NCBI GenBank assembly: GCA_963728335.1
Contig: CAVSJP010000009.1
Coordinates: forward strand, 5,403-69,402
From: an uncultured Chloroflexia bacterium
GTDB taxonomy: Bacteria > Chloroflexota > Chloroflexia > Thermomicrobiales > Thermomicrobiaceae
DNA length: 64,000 nucleotides
Reading direction: 5' to 3'
The translations under genes and the position numbers were made by a program. Below are positions 45,467 through 56,645 of this stretch, piece by piece. Positions within the stretch are counted from its first letter, which is position 1; each line of letters starts with the position of its first letter. Under the pieces are notes generated by a model. It was not told the origin of the DNA. It searched no databases and saw only the letters and a program-made list of their open reading frames with translations.

Positions 45467-46579
45467 CTATAGCAGGTCTGACAATGGACTGTATGTCAAT
45501 CCGAAGGCATCCGCCACCGATTCATAGGTGATCTTGCCCTGATAGACGTTCACGCCCTTTGCCAGCGAGGGATCCGCGGAAACCGCTTTGACAAGCCCAA
45601 GATCCGCGAGCTTCACCCCCCACGGGAGCGTCACGTTGCTCAGGGCCAGCGTGCTGGTTCTCGGCACGGCACCCGGCATGTTGGTTACGCCATAATGTAC
45701 GACACCGTCCACAACAAACGTGGGAGCACTGTGTGTCGTCGGTCGAACCGTTTCGATGCAACCGCCCTGGTCGATTGCCACGTCGACAATCACCGATCCC
45801 GGTCGCATCCGCGAGACCATTTCGCTCGTAACCAACTTCGGAGCCTTGGCGCCCGGGATCAAAACCGCGCCCACGACCAGATCTGCATCGGCGACGGCTT
45901 CCGCAATGTTATGACGGTTCGAGGCCAACGTGGTCAGTCGGCCGTGAAGAACGTGGTCCAGATAGCGCAGTCGCTCAATGTTCAAGTCGATAATCGTCAC
46001 ATGGGCACCCATCCCGAGCGCGATCTGCGCCGCGTTGGTGCCGACAATTCCGCCACCGACCACCACGACGTTCGCTGGAGGAACGCCCGCGACGCCCCCC
46101 ATCAAAAGTCCACGCCCGCCGTAGGTCTTCATCAGGTACTGTGCTCCAACCTGCACCGACATTCGTCCGGCCACCTCGCTCATCGGCGCAAGCAGCGGCA
46201 GCGACCGATCTGGCAATTGCACAGTCTCGTACGCGACGGCGGCGACTCCGCGCTCCACCAGAACCTTGGTGAGCGCTTCCTCCGCCGCAAGGTGAAGATA
46301 GGTGTAGAGAATCTGATTCTTGCGAAGAAGATCGTATTCGCTGGTGATTGGTTCCTTGACCTTGACGATCATCTCAGCCCGAGCGAAGACTTCCTCGTGG
46401 CTGTCGACGATGGACGCGCCGACCGCGGCGTACTCGTCGTCCGAAAACCCACTGCCCGTTCCCGCGGAACGCTCAATGATAACGGTGTGTCCGTGGTGAA
46501 CGTATTCGGCCACGCCAGCTGGAGTAGTCGAAACACGATTCTCGTTGTCCTTGACTTCCTTTGGCACCCCGATGAGCAT
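45467..46579 (-). CDS. ald: Alanine dehydrogenase
   Basis: 'MLIGVPKEVKDNENRVSTTPAGV' and the NAD-binding 'VVVGGGIVGTNAA'. Confidence 0.95.
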   Translation of the reverse strand: MLIGVPKEVKDNENRVSTTPAGVAEYVHHGHTVIIERSAGTGSGFSDDEYAAVGASIVDSHEEVFARAEMIVKVKEPITSEYDLLRKNQILYTYLHLAAEEALTKVLVERGVAAVAYETVQLPDRSLPLLAPMSEVAGRMSVQVGAQYLMKTYGGRGLLMGGVAGVPPANVVVVGGGIVGTNAAQIALGMGAHVTIIDLNIERLRYLDHVLHGRLTTLASNRHNIAEAVADADLVVGAVLIPGAKAPKLVTSEMVSRMRPGSVIVDVAIDQGGCIETVRPTTHSAPTFVVDGVVHYGVTNMPGAVPRTSTLALSNVTLPWGVKLADLGLVKAVSADPSLAKGVNVYQGKITYESVADAFGLTYSPLSDLL

Positions 46580-46727
46580 GAGCCTTACCAATCCTCCACC
46601 ACTACGCCGCCCGCAGCACGAGAGATGCGGAACCGCCGCTCGTCAACGATCTGGTCAAACGGCCGAGACATTCTAACATGATCCTCACATCCGTCGAACG
46701 ATAGGGTCACAAATCGTGGACGATAAA

Positions 46728-46756
46728 TTGACGTGGTGGCGGTCAAAACGTACTAT
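46728..46756 (+). promoter_or_regulatory. Candidate sigma-70-type promoter for rseP-ispG (TTGACG-N17-TACTAT)
   Basis: Hexamers read directly from the sequence, about 70 nt upstream of the rseP start. Confidence 0.35.
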
Positions 46757-46828
46757 TAGGGCCAGCGCGTCAGGCTAGTATGGATCGCGCTATGGCTCAA
46801 TCATCACGGGTAAAACAAAGGCCGGCAC

Positions 46829-48151
46829 TTGAGCGACGCGCTATACATCATCCCCATCCTCGCTATCCTCATTCTCATTCATGAAATGGGCCACTTTTTC
46901 TCGGCGAAAGCCGTAGGAATCAAGGTCGAAGAATTTGGCATTGGGATTCCCCCGCGCATCTACGGAGTAACCAAGCGCGGAGTCCTCTATTCGATCAACC
47001 TGCTGCCGATCGGCGGGTTTGTTCGCGTTCTGGGCGAAGACGGCAAGTCCTTATCGCCCGACAGCCTGCAATCGAAATCAAAGCTGCAGCGGTCGCTCTT
47101 CTTCGCCGCCGGTTCGATCATGAACTTCGTGCTCGCCATCGTTCTGATGACGGTGCTCGTCGGCGCGCGCGGTGACACGACCAACCGTGCCTATGTGACC
47201 GGCGTCCAGGACAATTCTCCGGCCGCCCAGGCGGGCTGGCAAGCAGGTGACCGGTTCATATCGGTTGACGGTAAACAGGTCAGCACCGTCCAGCAGGTCA
47301 TTGACATCGTGGATGCGCATGCCGGTCAACCGGTCACCGCAGTGTTGGAACACAATGGCCAGCAAAGCGAATCGACGGTGACGCCCCGGGTGAATCCGCC
47401 GCCCGGACAGGGCAAGGTGGGGATCAACCTCGACGACGCGGTTCATGCGCTGATCAAGGTTGACTCGGTCGACGCGGGCAGTGCAGCTGCCGCGGCCGGA
47501 ATCCAGTCAGGTGACATCGTCAAATCGATCAACGGAGTCAAGATCGAGGACGCCATCGCCTATCGGTTCGCCATCGTGAACCACGTGGGCGAAACGATCC
47601 CGATGGTCGTCACGCGCGCGGGCCAGGACGTGACGCTGCAGTATCATGTTCCCGCCTCGACTCCACCGAACGACCAACTGAACTCCGGCATCAACGCGAC
47701 GCAGGACTTCATCATGCACGGCGTGCCGTGGTGGAAGGTCGTTCCACAGGGAATCAAGCAGACGTTCCAAACGTTAAATCAGATGTTCCATGGACTCGTG
47801 CTCCTGGTTCGCGGCGACGTGCCGATCCAAGGGATCGCCGGTCCGATTGGAATGGGCCAACTGACGTCGGAAGTTATCAAAGCGAGCAGTGCGCCAGTCT
47901 GGGCGACACTTGCCAATATTATGGTTTTGTTGTCGCTCAACCTGGCGGTTCTAAACTTGCTTCCATTTCCAGCGTTGGACGGCGGACGACTCTTGTTCGT
48001 CCTTATCGAAGCGGTTCGAGGTAAGAAAGTACCGCCGGAAAAAGAGGGCGTCGTCCACTTCGTCGGACTGGTGGTGCTGCTGCTGTTCATGCTGGTCGTC
48101 GCTTTCGCCGACATCAACCGGATCATGAATGGGCAGTCGTTCCTTCGCTAA
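46829..48151 (+). CDS. rseP: RIP metalloprotease RseP (M50 site-2 protease with PDZ domains)
   Basis: 'HEMGHF' in TM1, two PDZ-like segments and a 'NLLPFPALDGG' motif. TTG start. Confidence 0.9.
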   Translation: MSDALYIIPILAILILIHEMGHFFSAKAVGIKVEEFGIGIPPRIYGVTKRGVLYSINLLPIGGFVRVLGEDGKSLSPDSLQSKSKLQRSLFFAAGSIMNFVLAIVLMTVLVGARGDTTNRAYVTGVQDNSPAAQAGWQAGDRFISVDGKQVSTVQQVIDIVDAHAGQPVTAVLEHNGQQSESTVTPRVNPPPGQGKVGINLDDAVHALIKVDSVDAGSAAAAAGIQSGDIVKSINGVKIEDAIAYRFAIVNHVGETIPMVVTRAGQDVTLQYHVPASTPPNDQLNSGINATQDFIMHGVPWWKVVPQGIKQTFQTLNQMFHGLVLLVRGDVPIQGIAGPIGMGQLTSEVIKASSAPVWATLANIMVLLSLNLAVLNLLPFPALDGGRLLFVLIEAVRGKKVPPEKEGVVHFVGLVVLLLFMLVVAFADINRIMNGQSFLR

Positions 48152-48245
48152 TGAACCAATTTGACATCAACCCCTGGCAAACATTCGCCATCCGTTCTCG
48201 GCGTCCTGATGAACGTCGCAGTAGGTCGTAGGAGGTAAACCCCGA

Positions 48246-49361
48246 ATGGTAGCAACGCGCCGCAAAACTCGTGCACTCCACGTTGGAGATGTCCAAATCG
48301 GCGGAGGCGCACCCATCGTCGTTCAGTCGATGGCAACGGCAGATACGCGTGATCCCAAGGCGACCCTGGCGCAGATCCAGGAACTGGCCGACGCCGGCTG
48401 CGAGATTGTTCGCATTGCCGTCCCGGATCGCGTCGCCGCTGCAGCGCTGCCGGACATCGTCCCACACGCGGCGGTCCCGCTCATCGCGGACATCCATTTC
48501 GAGCACACGCTGGCACTCAAGGCCATTGACGCGGGCATTCACGGCTTGCGCCTGAACCCCGGTAATATTCGGAAACCTGAAGATGTGCGCGAGGTCGTGC
48601 GCAAGGCGAAAGAGCGGGGCATTCCGATCCGCATCGGCGTGAACTTCGGCTCGGTGCCGCCAATGACCAAAGATTTCGTCGACGAAATGGCGCAGCAGCA
48701 TGCGACGCAGATCGAGCTGGTTGCCGAGCATATGGTTCGGACCGCCCTGGGGCATATCAAGATCCTGGAGGATCTCGACTTTGGCGACATCAAAATCTCG
48801 CTGAAGGCCTTCGAAGTACCGATCATGCTGGAAGCCTACCGGCGCATGGCACCACTGAACGATTATCCGCTGCACCTCGGAGTCACCGAGGCCGGCACGC
48901 CAAAGTCGGGCTCGATTCGCTCCGCAATTGGTATCGGCACGTTGCTCGAACAAGGTATCGGTGACACCATTCGTGTCTCGTTGACGACTGACCCGGTCGA
49001 AGAGGTCTATACCGGTTTCGAGATTCTCAAGAGCCTGGGTCTCCGCCAGCACGGAGCCACGCTTGTCGCATGCCCCACCTGCGGCCGCGTCGAGGTTGAT
49101 CTCTTCAAACTGGCGAACGAGGTCGACGACTATCTCAAGACGATTCGTGCGCCCATCAAAGTTGCTGTCATGGGATGCGTTGTGAACGGCCCCGGCGAGG
49201 CACGTGACTCCGACGTTGGCGTTGCGGCCGGGCGCGGCAAGGGCGTCATCTTCCGCAAGGGCAAGATCGTTCGCAAGGTAGACGAGGCGGACATCGTTCC
49301 CGCGCTCAAGGAAGAGATCGATCAGATCTTGAGCGAGCAGAAGGACGCGATTACCGTCTGA
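48246..49361 (+). CDS. ispG: 4-hydroxy-3-methylbut-2-en-1-yl diphosphate synthase IspG (GcpE)
   Basis: 'VQIGGGAPIVVQSM', 'RLNPGN' and 'ACPTCGR...GCVVNGPGE' (Fe-S ligands). Confidence 0.95.
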   Translation: MVATRRKTRALHVGDVQIGGGAPIVVQSMATADTRDPKATLAQIQELADAGCEIVRIAVPDRVAAAALPDIVPHAAVPLIADIHFEHTLALKAIDAGIHGLRLNPGNIRKPEDVREVVRKAKERGIPIRIGVNFGSVPPMTKDFVDEMAQQHATQIELVAEHMVRTALGHIKILEDLDFGDIKISLKAFEVPIMLEAYRRMAPLNDYPLHLGVTEAGTPKSGSIRSAIGIGTLLEQGIGDTIRVSLTTDPVEEVYTGFEILKSLGLRQHGATLVACPTCGRVEVDLFKLANEVDDYLKTIRAPIKVAVMGCVVNGPGEARDSDVGVAAGRGKGVIFRKGKIVRKVDEADIVPALKEEIDQILSEQKDAITV

Positions 49362-49395
49362 TTTGACGTGAGATCGCGAAAAACTCGAAAATTCG

Positions 49396-49423
49396 CGGGC
49401 AGGGATCCTCAGTTCCCTGCCCG
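49396..49423 (+). terminator. Hairpin downstream of ispG (possible terminator, weak U-tract)
   Basis: CGGGCAGGGA-tcctcagt-TCCCTGCCCG followed by tagcgTTTaaTT. Confidence 0.45.
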
Positions 49424-49488
49424 TAGCGTTTAATTCTGGATAAGATGTGTCAGTGGCATCATCGTCCAGGAAACGAGGAGCGTGGAGT

Positions 49489-50139
49489 TTGTCAGCGAAT
49501 AGCCGGTTGATCGACGTCTCTGTTCTGCTCGTCCCGGGAATGCCCACCTGGCCCGGCGACGGGGACGTCATCGCCGAACCCGCCAGCCGGATCGCCAGTG
49601 GGGGCAGTTCCAACGTAACGCGTCTCCAGCATACGTCCCACACCGGCACGCACCTCGACGCTCCTTGGCACTTCATCGACACCGGCAAGCGCCTTGACAC
49701 CATCCTCCTCGACCGTCTCATCGGTGACTGCTACGTCTGCGATCTCACGCATCTCGTACGCAATGTGACCCGGGAGGACTTCGAGGACGCAGGCATTCCG
49801 GCCGGCGTGACGCGCTTGGTGCTCAAGACACGTAATTCGCAACACTGGAGCGAACCACGTCATCGCTTCCATGAAGACTTCATCGGCGTCGAACCGTCTG
49901 GCGCGCGTTGGCTGGCTGATCATGGGATCGACCTGATTGCCATCGACTATCTCTCGATCGAACCGTTCACCGGCGATGGCGAAACACACCGGATTCTTCT
50001 CGGGACCGAGATCGTCATCGTCGAGGGGCTGGACCTGCGGAGCGTGGAATCCGGGACGTACCGGTTGATCTGTCTCCCGCTTCGCCTGGGCGAACTCGAC
50101 GGTGCGCCGTGCCGCGTCGTGTTGGAACGTGGAGCCTAG
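49489..50139 (+). CDS. Cyclase-family protein (kynurenine formamidase-like, PF04199 type)
   Basis: 'HTGTHLDAPWHF' metal motif. TTG 49489 is preceded by AGGAG. The track ORF starts at 49447. Confidence 0.8.
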   Translation: MSANSRLIDVSVLLVPGMPTWPGDGDVIAEPASRIASGGSSNVTRLQHTSHTGTHLDAPWHFIDTGKRLDTILLDRLIGDCYVCDLTHLVRNVTREDFEDAGIPAGVTRLVLKTRNSQHWSEPRHRFHEDFIGVEPSGARWLADHGIDLIAIDYLSIEPFTGDGETHRILLGTEIVIVEGLDLRSVESGTYRLICLPLRLGELDGAPCRVVLERGA

Positions 50140-50146
50140 TACGGCC

Positions 50147-51100
50147 ATGACTGGTCCACGCGTCGCGGCGATCGGCATGGCATCGTGGGATCGCCTCATC
50201 GTAACCGATTCCTACCCAGGCGCCGGAGAATACACGATCGTTCGTCGCACGTTGGAACAGTCGGGCGGAACGACGGCGAATATGGTGCATGCGCTTGCCA
50301 GACTGGGCACCCACGTGACCTTCGCGGCCAAGGTCGGGGACGATGACGAGGGCCGCGAACTTCGCCAGGTGCTCGAGGCAGAGGGCTGCGATTGCACTCA
50401 CGTGTCCACCCGTTCCGGAGAACCATCCGATTCGGCCATCATCGTCGTCTCGGGAACTGGCGACGAGGTCGACCGGACGATCTTCTGGCACCAGGGCGCT
50501 CGCCTGATGCACGGCGACGTGCTCCCGCTCGCGGACCTCTTCGCCCATGACCTGGTCATTCTCGACGTGGACGATGCTCGCCTGCGCCGCTTCATCGTCG
50601 ATCTGCCAACTCACACATCCCCCTGGACGCGCTTTCTGGGGACATTGACGTACCTTGTCGAGATGTCGCCCGAGGTGGGCCTTGAGACGGCACTTCGACA
50701 TGATTACCTGGTCGGCAATCAGCGTGAACTACGCTACATCACCGGGCGCGACGACGTTCACGACGCCATTCGCGAGGTGCGAGAGCGCATGGTCTTCACC
50801 GACCTGCGCTTGTTCGCTGTCAGCCTGGGACCGCGCGGATGTATGGTCGTGGACCAGGAGAATGCGGTGCACGTCCCAGCCTTTGAAGTCGACGTCATCG
50901 ATACGACCGGGGCAGGCGACGCGTTCGCCGCGGGCGTCGTGCTCGGAATCCTCGAGCGACGGGAACATGTGGAGATCGGACGTCTTGCCAATGCGATGGG
51001 AGCCCTGAGCATCCGCGAACTTGGCGCTCGGTCGTCGCTGCCCACGAGTTCAGAACTCGAAGATTTTCTTGCGCACGCCACTCCACGGACGGATACCTGA
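50147..51100 (+). CDS. PfkB-family carbohydrate/nucleoside kinase
   Basis: N-terminal 'AAIGMASWD', 'GGTTAN' and C-terminal 'DTTGAGDAFAAG'. Confidence 0.85.
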   Translation: MTGPRVAAIGMASWDRLIVTDSYPGAGEYTIVRRTLEQSGGTTANMVHALARLGTHVTFAAKVGDDDEGRELRQVLEAEGCDCTHVSTRSGEPSDSAIIVVSGTGDEVDRTIFWHQGARLMHGDVLPLADLFAHDLVILDVDDARLRRFIVDLPTHTSPWTRFLGTLTYLVEMSPEVGLETALRHDYLVGNQRELRYITGRDDVHDAIREVRERMVFTDLRLFAVSLGPRGCMVVDQENAVHVPAFEVDVIDTTGAGDAFAAGVVLGILERREHVEIGRLANAMGALSIRELGARSSLPTSSELEDFLAHATPRTDT

Positions 51101-51102
51101 TC

Positions 51103-52242
51103 TTGACCCAACTCTCGCGTGAACGACTCACCGAACTCGCTGCCGAATGCGACATCCCGCTTACTGGGGTCACCTCCGCGGATGGGTTCGACGGACTCGG
51201 CGACCTGTTGGTGAATCGTGTTCGAGACGGATACTTGGCCGGTCTCGACTGGTTCACCGAGGAACGCGCCCGATTTTCGGCGGAACCACGGAATCTGCAT
51301 GACTCCGCCCGCTCGATCATCTCGATCGGCGTTCCGTATCGCCTGGCAGCGGTGTCGCCACCTGGCGACGAGCCACGAGGACGGATCTCGCGCTACGCCT
51401 GGGGGCACGACTACCACCGAACACTCAAAACGCGGATGAAACGGCTGCTGGCGCTGCTGGAACGGGAGCTTGGACGCGCAATCGAGGGTCGTCTTCTGGT
51501 AGACACCGCCCGCATCGTCGACCGTGCGGTCGCGGCCCGCTCCGGGCTTGGCTGGTACGGTAAGAACACGATGATTCTGGTCCCTGGCCACGGCTCCTGG
51601 GTCATGCTCGGTGATCTGTTGGTCGACATCGAAATCGAACCGGATATGCCGCTCAAGCCGAAGTGCGGCCGCTGTACGGCATGCATCGACCACTGTCCAA
51701 CTGGGGCGATTCGGCCCGGCTATGTCATTGACACGCCACGATGTATCTCATTTCTCACCATCGAACTGCGCGATGCCATTCCGCGCGAGCTCCGGTCATG
51801 CATGGGCAATTGGGTCTTCGGCTGCGACGACTGCCAGGAGGTCTGCCCGTACACGAAGGCCACGGCAACCGAAGAGGACGATGCATTTTCCCCACGGAGC
51901 CTCGAGAACGCCGTCCCTCGTCTGAGTTGGCTGCTAACGATGACGGAGAATGAATTCCGCGAGACGTACCGGGGCACGGCGGTACTGAGAACGAAGCGTT
52001 CGGGGATGGCGCGCAACGCCGCTATCGCACTTGGCAACGTCGGCACCGCGGGCGACCTCGAACTGCTCGAACGCGTCGTCGCAAACCATGACCTGCCGCT
52101 TGTGCGCGGTCACGCCGCGTGGGCAATGGCGAACATCGATCGCGTTGCCTCGGGGCCCTATCTGCAACGGCGATTGGCTGTTGAGTCCGATCCGATGGTG
52201 CATGTTGAGCTTCGCACAGCTCTCGACGAGGGAGATCGGTGA
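51103..52242 (+). CDS. queG: Epoxyqueuosine reductase QueG
   Basis: 'CGRCTACIDHCPTGAI' and 'CDDCQEVCP' ferredoxin motifs plus a C-terminal HEAT-like repeat. TTG start 2 nt after the upstream stop. Confidence 0.9.
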   Translation: MTQLSRERLTELAAECDIPLTGVTSADGFDGLGDLLVNRVRDGYLAGLDWFTEERARFSAEPRNLHDSARSIISIGVPYRLAAVSPPGDEPRGRISRYAWGHDYHRTLKTRMKRLLALLERELGRAIEGRLLVDTARIVDRAVAARSGLGWYGKNTMILVPGHGSWVMLGDLLVDIEIEPDMPLKPKCGRCTACIDHCPTGAIRPGYVIDTPRCISFLTIELRDAIPRELRSCMGNWVFGCDDCQEVCPYTKATATEEDDAFSPRSLENAVPRLSWLLTMTENEFRETYRGTAVLRTKRSGMARNAAIALGNVGTAGDLELLERVVANHDLPLVRGHAAWAMANIDRVASGPYLQRRLAVESDPMVHVELRTALDEGDR

Positions 52243-52299
52243 CGGCCGCCGCCCATACTGTCTGTCGGTCGTTGTGACGGTGACGTAAGGGGAGGTTAC

Positions 52300-53074
52300 A
52301 TGACGCTGCTTGCGCTCGACATCGGCAACACCAACGTCGTCATTGGCATCTATGCAGGCGAACGGCTGATGACCTCCTGGCGCTTGGCCACGGAGCGTAC
52401 GCGTATGCCAGACGAATGGTGGGCCATCATTTCAACGCTGGCAGCGACCGATCGCGTTGACCTGGCCAACCTCGATGGGGCCATTCTCTCCAGCGTCGTC
52501 CCGCGCCTCACGCCGGTCTTCACGGAAATGCTCAACTCGCGCCTGACGTGCGAGCCGGTGATCGTCAGCTCCAGAGCTCGAGTTCGGCATCAAGATCCGC
52601 ATCGACAATCCGGCCGAGGTCGGCGCGGACCGGCTCGCGAACACCGTCGCCGCCTTCTCACGACATGGCGGTCCCGCGGTGGTGGTCGACTTCGGCACCG
52701 GCACGAACTTCGATGTGGTCTCGGCCGACGGCGACTACATCGGCGGTGCCATCGCGCCCGGACTGACGCTGGCGCTCGAGGCACTAACCAGCCGCGCGGC
52801 ACGCCTTTCAGCCGTGGAACTCGCGGTGCCCGAGCACGCCATCGGTCGTAGCACGATCGATAGCGTGCAGTCCGGCACCGTGCTCGGCTATATCGGACTG
52901 ATCGAAGGACTGCTCACGCGAATCACCGCCGAACTGGGGGAAAAGCCGTTCGTCATCGCCACCGGGGGACTGGGCGGTGTGATCGCGCCGCATACGGGTG
53001 CGATCGACACCTACGAGCCAGACCTGACGCTGGATGGACTCCGCATCATCTTCTCGCGCGTCCAGGGACGTTGA
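52300..53074 (+). pseudogene. coaX: Type III pantothenate kinase CoaX, frame broken by one extra nucleotide near 52567
   Basis: Frame 1 reads 'MTLLALDIGNTNVVIGIY...EPVIV'. The next frame reads 'APELEFGIKIRIDNPAEVGADRLANTVAA...VVVDFGTGTNFDVV...IATGGLG' to the stop at 53074. Confidence 0.85.
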
Positions 53075-53092
53075 CCGATGACGGACCCGAGA

Positions 53093-54171
53093 TTAACCCC
53101 AGCGAGCGGACAGGAACCCGAGATCGGTCTCGGGCCCGAAGCGCGTCGCCGCCGCCTCGAGCAAATCGACCGCGGCGAGCGCGTCGCGAATGTCGAGCAT
53201 TTCGACCGGCGAATGCGAATAGCGCCGCGCGATATTCACCACGCCAGTCGGTATGCCGTCTCGCACCAGGTGAACCGCCGCTGCGTCGGAATTCCCGCCG
53301 ATGAAGACGGCCTGCTGAATCTGGACTCCGCCGATTCGGCGCTGTCGACCAGAAAGTCGCGCATCGCCGGGTTCGCCAGATAGCCGCGGCCACCGCCACC
53401 ACTCGAAACGGGGATGACCGGTCCAGCCCAATGCGCATGCTCAGATCGCGATAGAAATCGACGTCCGGCGTGCCGCCCGACGGGACCGTGTCGACGACGA
53501 TGGCGGCGGTCGGGATTCAGCCGGTGGGTCGCCATCTGCGCGCCGCGCAGACCCGACCTCTTCTTGCACGGTGACGACCAGGTGCAGGGTGCAGTCAGGT
53601 TGATGCCCTGTAGCTTCCGGGCCAGCTCGACCAGGATCGCGCAGCCGACACGATTGTCGAGCGCCTTGCCCGCGACGCGATCCGGATTCGCCAGCTCCAT
53701 CATCGGCTCGTCGTAGGCGATCGCGTCGCCGACACCGATCCCGAGTGCTCGCACGTCTTCGGCGGTCTCGAACCCCATGTCGATGTACAGCTCGCGCATG
53801 GCCGGCGCCTTGCCCCGCTCCTCGGGAGTCTGGATGTGCCCGGCCTTCACGCCGACGACGCCATGATGACCGCGAATGTTGACGTGCCGGCCGATCGTCA
53901 GCGTCTCGACCAGCCCGCCGAGTCGTTCAAAGCGGATCATCCCGTTCGGCTCGATGCTCTTGACGATGGCGCCAATCTCGTCCGAGTGGGCCGAGATCAT
54001 CAGGCTCGGCGAATCCTCGGGGCCGTCGATGGTGGCGAACAGGTTGCCGTAGCTGTCGATCTCGAGGTCATCGACCAGCGGCTCGAACAGCTCCTTCAGC
54101 CGCGCCACGACCGCCTGCTCGTGTCCGGCCACGCCGTCGATCCTGGCAAGCTCGCCCAGGAGCGCCTTCAT
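53093..54171 (-). pseudogene. M42-family glutamyl aminopeptidase (FrvX/cellulase-M-like) with at least 5 frameshifts
   Basis: The gene is intact from 'MKALLGELARIDGVAGHEQ' to 'KLQGINLT'. After that the conserved pieces 'TLHLVVTVQEEVG', 'LRGAQMATHRLNPD', 'AAIVVDTVPSGGTPDVDFYRDLSMRIGLG', 'PVIPVSSGGGGRGYLANP...' and 'VQIQQAVFIGGNSDAAAVHLVRDGIPTGVVNIARRYSHSPVEM' alternate between frames. Confidence 0.8.
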
Positions 54172-54428
54172 CTCGCTGCCGGCCGTCTCTTGCGTATTCT
54201 GCTCAACGTCTCGTCCCTTCCGATCAGTGTACCAACCAAATGTCTGCGACGCGCACTTGTCGCCCATTATCGCCGGACTATAATACGAGAACACCAATTC
54301 GTTGCCCGGAGCACCCTGCTCGGGCGCGACAGATTGGATCAGTCGAGTGATGGACGTTCGCTAGCCGGCCCCGCGAAGCGGGGCTGGCAGTCTGGCTATC
54401 ACTCGAATTTGGTAGGTGGAGGAGAGCC

Positions 54429-56521
54429 GTGAATAGCTATCCGGTCGACAAAATCAGGAACGTTGGCCTGTTTTCCCATGGTAGTGCGGGAAAGACGTCC
54501 TTGACCGAAGCCCTCCTCTACGTCAGCCACACAATCAATCGCTTGGGCCGCATCGAAGAGGGAACCACCGTTTCGGACTGGGATCCGGACGAAATCAAGC
54601 GCGGAATCTCGATCAGCGCCAGCCTGGCCCCGCTCGAGTGGAAAGAGACCAAGATCAACATCATCGATGCGCCAGGCTACGCCGACTTCCTCGGCGAGGT
54701 CAAGGGCGCGATGCGGACGTGCGACGTCGCCCTGATCCTGATGGACGCGTCGGCCGGCGTCGAGGTTGGCACCGAGCAGGCCTGGAAGGCGGCCGAAGAA
54801 GTCAATCGCGTGCGCGCGCTCTTCATCAACAAGATGGACCGCGAGAACGCGAACTTCAACGCGACGTTCAGTGCCGCGCGGGATACCTTCGGAACTTCGG
54901 TCGTGCCGGTCTGATCCCGATCGGCGCGGAGAAGGACTTCAGCGGCATCGTCGACGTGCTGCGCGCAAGGCGTACCTGTTCGGCGACGGCAAGGACGGCA
55001 ACTGAGACTGAGATCCGACGTCCCGGCTGCGATCGCGGACACCGTCGAGGAGCTGCGACTTCAACTCGTCGAGGCGATCTGCGAGAACGACGAAGAGCTG
55101 ATGATGCGCTATCTGGACGACGAGCAGATCAGCGTCGAAGAGCTTCAGCACGGCCTGCGTGCGGCAATGGCGTGCCGGCCAGATCGTGCCTGTCTTCGCC
55201 GGCGCGGCAACCGCGTGCAAAGGGATCTCGCACCTGCTCGACGCCATCGTCGACTACTTCCCGGCCCGAGCCCGGTGCACGGCCAAGAGCCAGTCAGGCA
55301 TCCGACATCACGCTGGATGCCGATCCGAAGGGTCCGCTGGCCGCGCTCGTCTTCAAGACCGTCGCCGATCCCTACGTCGGAAAGCTCTCCTACTTCCGCG
55401 TCTACTCGGGCACGCTGAAGTCGGACAGCCACGTCTTCGACACGCAGCAGCAGCACGACGAGCGAATCGGCCAGCTCTACGTCGTTCGCGGCAAGGAACA
55501 GATCGCCGTCAACGAGGTTCCTGCCGGCGACATCGGCGCGGTGGCCAAGCTGCAGACCGTCGCGACCGGCGACACGCTCTGCGACCAGCAGCAAGTCTCT
55601 GATGCTCGACGGCATTCACTTCCCAGAGCCGGCGTTCTCGGCCGCCGTTCATCCGAAGACCAAGGGCGATCTGGACAAGATGGGCAGCCGCGATTCAACG
55701 ACTGCTCGAAGAAGACCCGACGCTCCACATCCGCCGTGACGAGGAGACGGGCGAGACGCTCGTCTCCGGGCTGGGCGAATCGCACGTCCAGATCGGGCTT
55801 GGAGCGCATGGCGCGCAAGTTCGGCGTCAACGTCGACACCGGGCTGCCAACCGTGGCCTATCGCGAGACGATCTCGCAGCCGGTCAAGGGCGTCGAGTAC
55901 AAGCACAAGAAGCAGACCGGCGGGCACGGCCAATACGGCCACGTCTTCCTCGATGTCGAGCCGATGGAGGATGGCGACTTCGAGTTCGCCGACAGGATCG
56001 TCGGCGGCGTGGTGCCGAAGGGCTACATCCCGGCGGTCGAGAAGGGCGTACGCGAGGCGCTGGACGAGGGAATCCTGGCCGGGTTCCCGGTGACGCACAT
56101 CCGGGTCACGCTGACCGACGGCTCGTATCACACGGTCGACTCGTCGGAAATGGCATTCAAGATCGCCGCATCGCAGGCGTTCAAGAAGGGCGCGTCGGCG
56201 GCCAAGCCGATCATCCTCGAGCCGATCATGCACATCGAGGTGACGGTGCCGGAAGCATACATGGGCGACGTGATGAGCGATCTGAACGGCAAGCGAGCTC
56301 AGGTGCAAGGCATGAAGCCGCGCGATGACGGCATGACGACGATCGAGGCGATCGCGCCGGCCGCCGAAATTCAGCGCTATGCGACCGACCTGCGCTCGAT
56401 CACCCAGGGCCGTGGCTCGTTCACGTCAAGCTTCAGCCACTATCAGCCGGTTCCGGCACACCTGACCGACACGATCATCGCCAATGCCAAGGCAAAGGCG
56501 GAAGCGCAGGCTGGCGTCTAG
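54429..56521 (+). pseudogene. EF-G2-like translational GTPase (elongation factor G paralogue) with about 10 frameshifts
   Basis: The G domain 'RNVGLFSHGSAGKTSLTEALLY...IIDAPGYADF...NKMDRENA' is intact to ~54910. The conserved segments that follow sit in different frames: IPIGAEKDFSGIVDVLR, KAYLFGDGKDGN, DVPAAIADTVEELRLQLVEAICENDEELMMRYL, GQIVPVFAGAATACKGISHLLDAIVDYFP, DITLDADPKGPLAALVFKT..., [29 protein letters not shown] and [35 protein letters not shown]. Domains IV-V are intact to the stop. Confidence 0.85.
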
Positions 56522-56546
56522 TTCGCTCGGATTGACGTGACCGTCA

Positions 56547-56580
56547 CGACCGGGCGAGTGATACCTCGCCCGGTCGTTTC
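56547..56580 (+). terminator. Intrinsic terminator-like hairpin after the EF-G2-like gene
   Basis: CGACCGGGCGAG-tgatac-CTCGCCCGGTCG followed by TTTCGTG. Confidence 0.55.
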
Positions 56581-56645
56581 GTGCTCTCTGAGCGTTCAGG
56601 TAGATACAAGGTGATTGGGAGTGGGTTTGACAGGTTCAACACGGG

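Noticed and set aside
48123-49721. 532-aa ORF on the minus strand, plus similar long ORFs at 62449-63663(-), 16951-17853(+), 45695-46681(+), 3003-4058(+), 42720-43403(+) and 18127-18972(+)
   Set aside because: Each lies antisense to a gene with unmistakable conserved motifs (ispG, M20, clpC, ald, the GH-like gene, glyQS, rpsA). Their translations are Arg/Ala/Pro-rich with no recognisable motifs. These are typical shadow ORFs of high-GC DNA.
54638-56521. Treating the 627-aa track ORF as one intact CDS
   Set aside because: Its first ~220 residues and an internal ~70-residue stretch are Arg-rich out-of-frame translation. The real EF-G-like sequence hops between frames, so I report it as a frameshifted gene starting at 54429.
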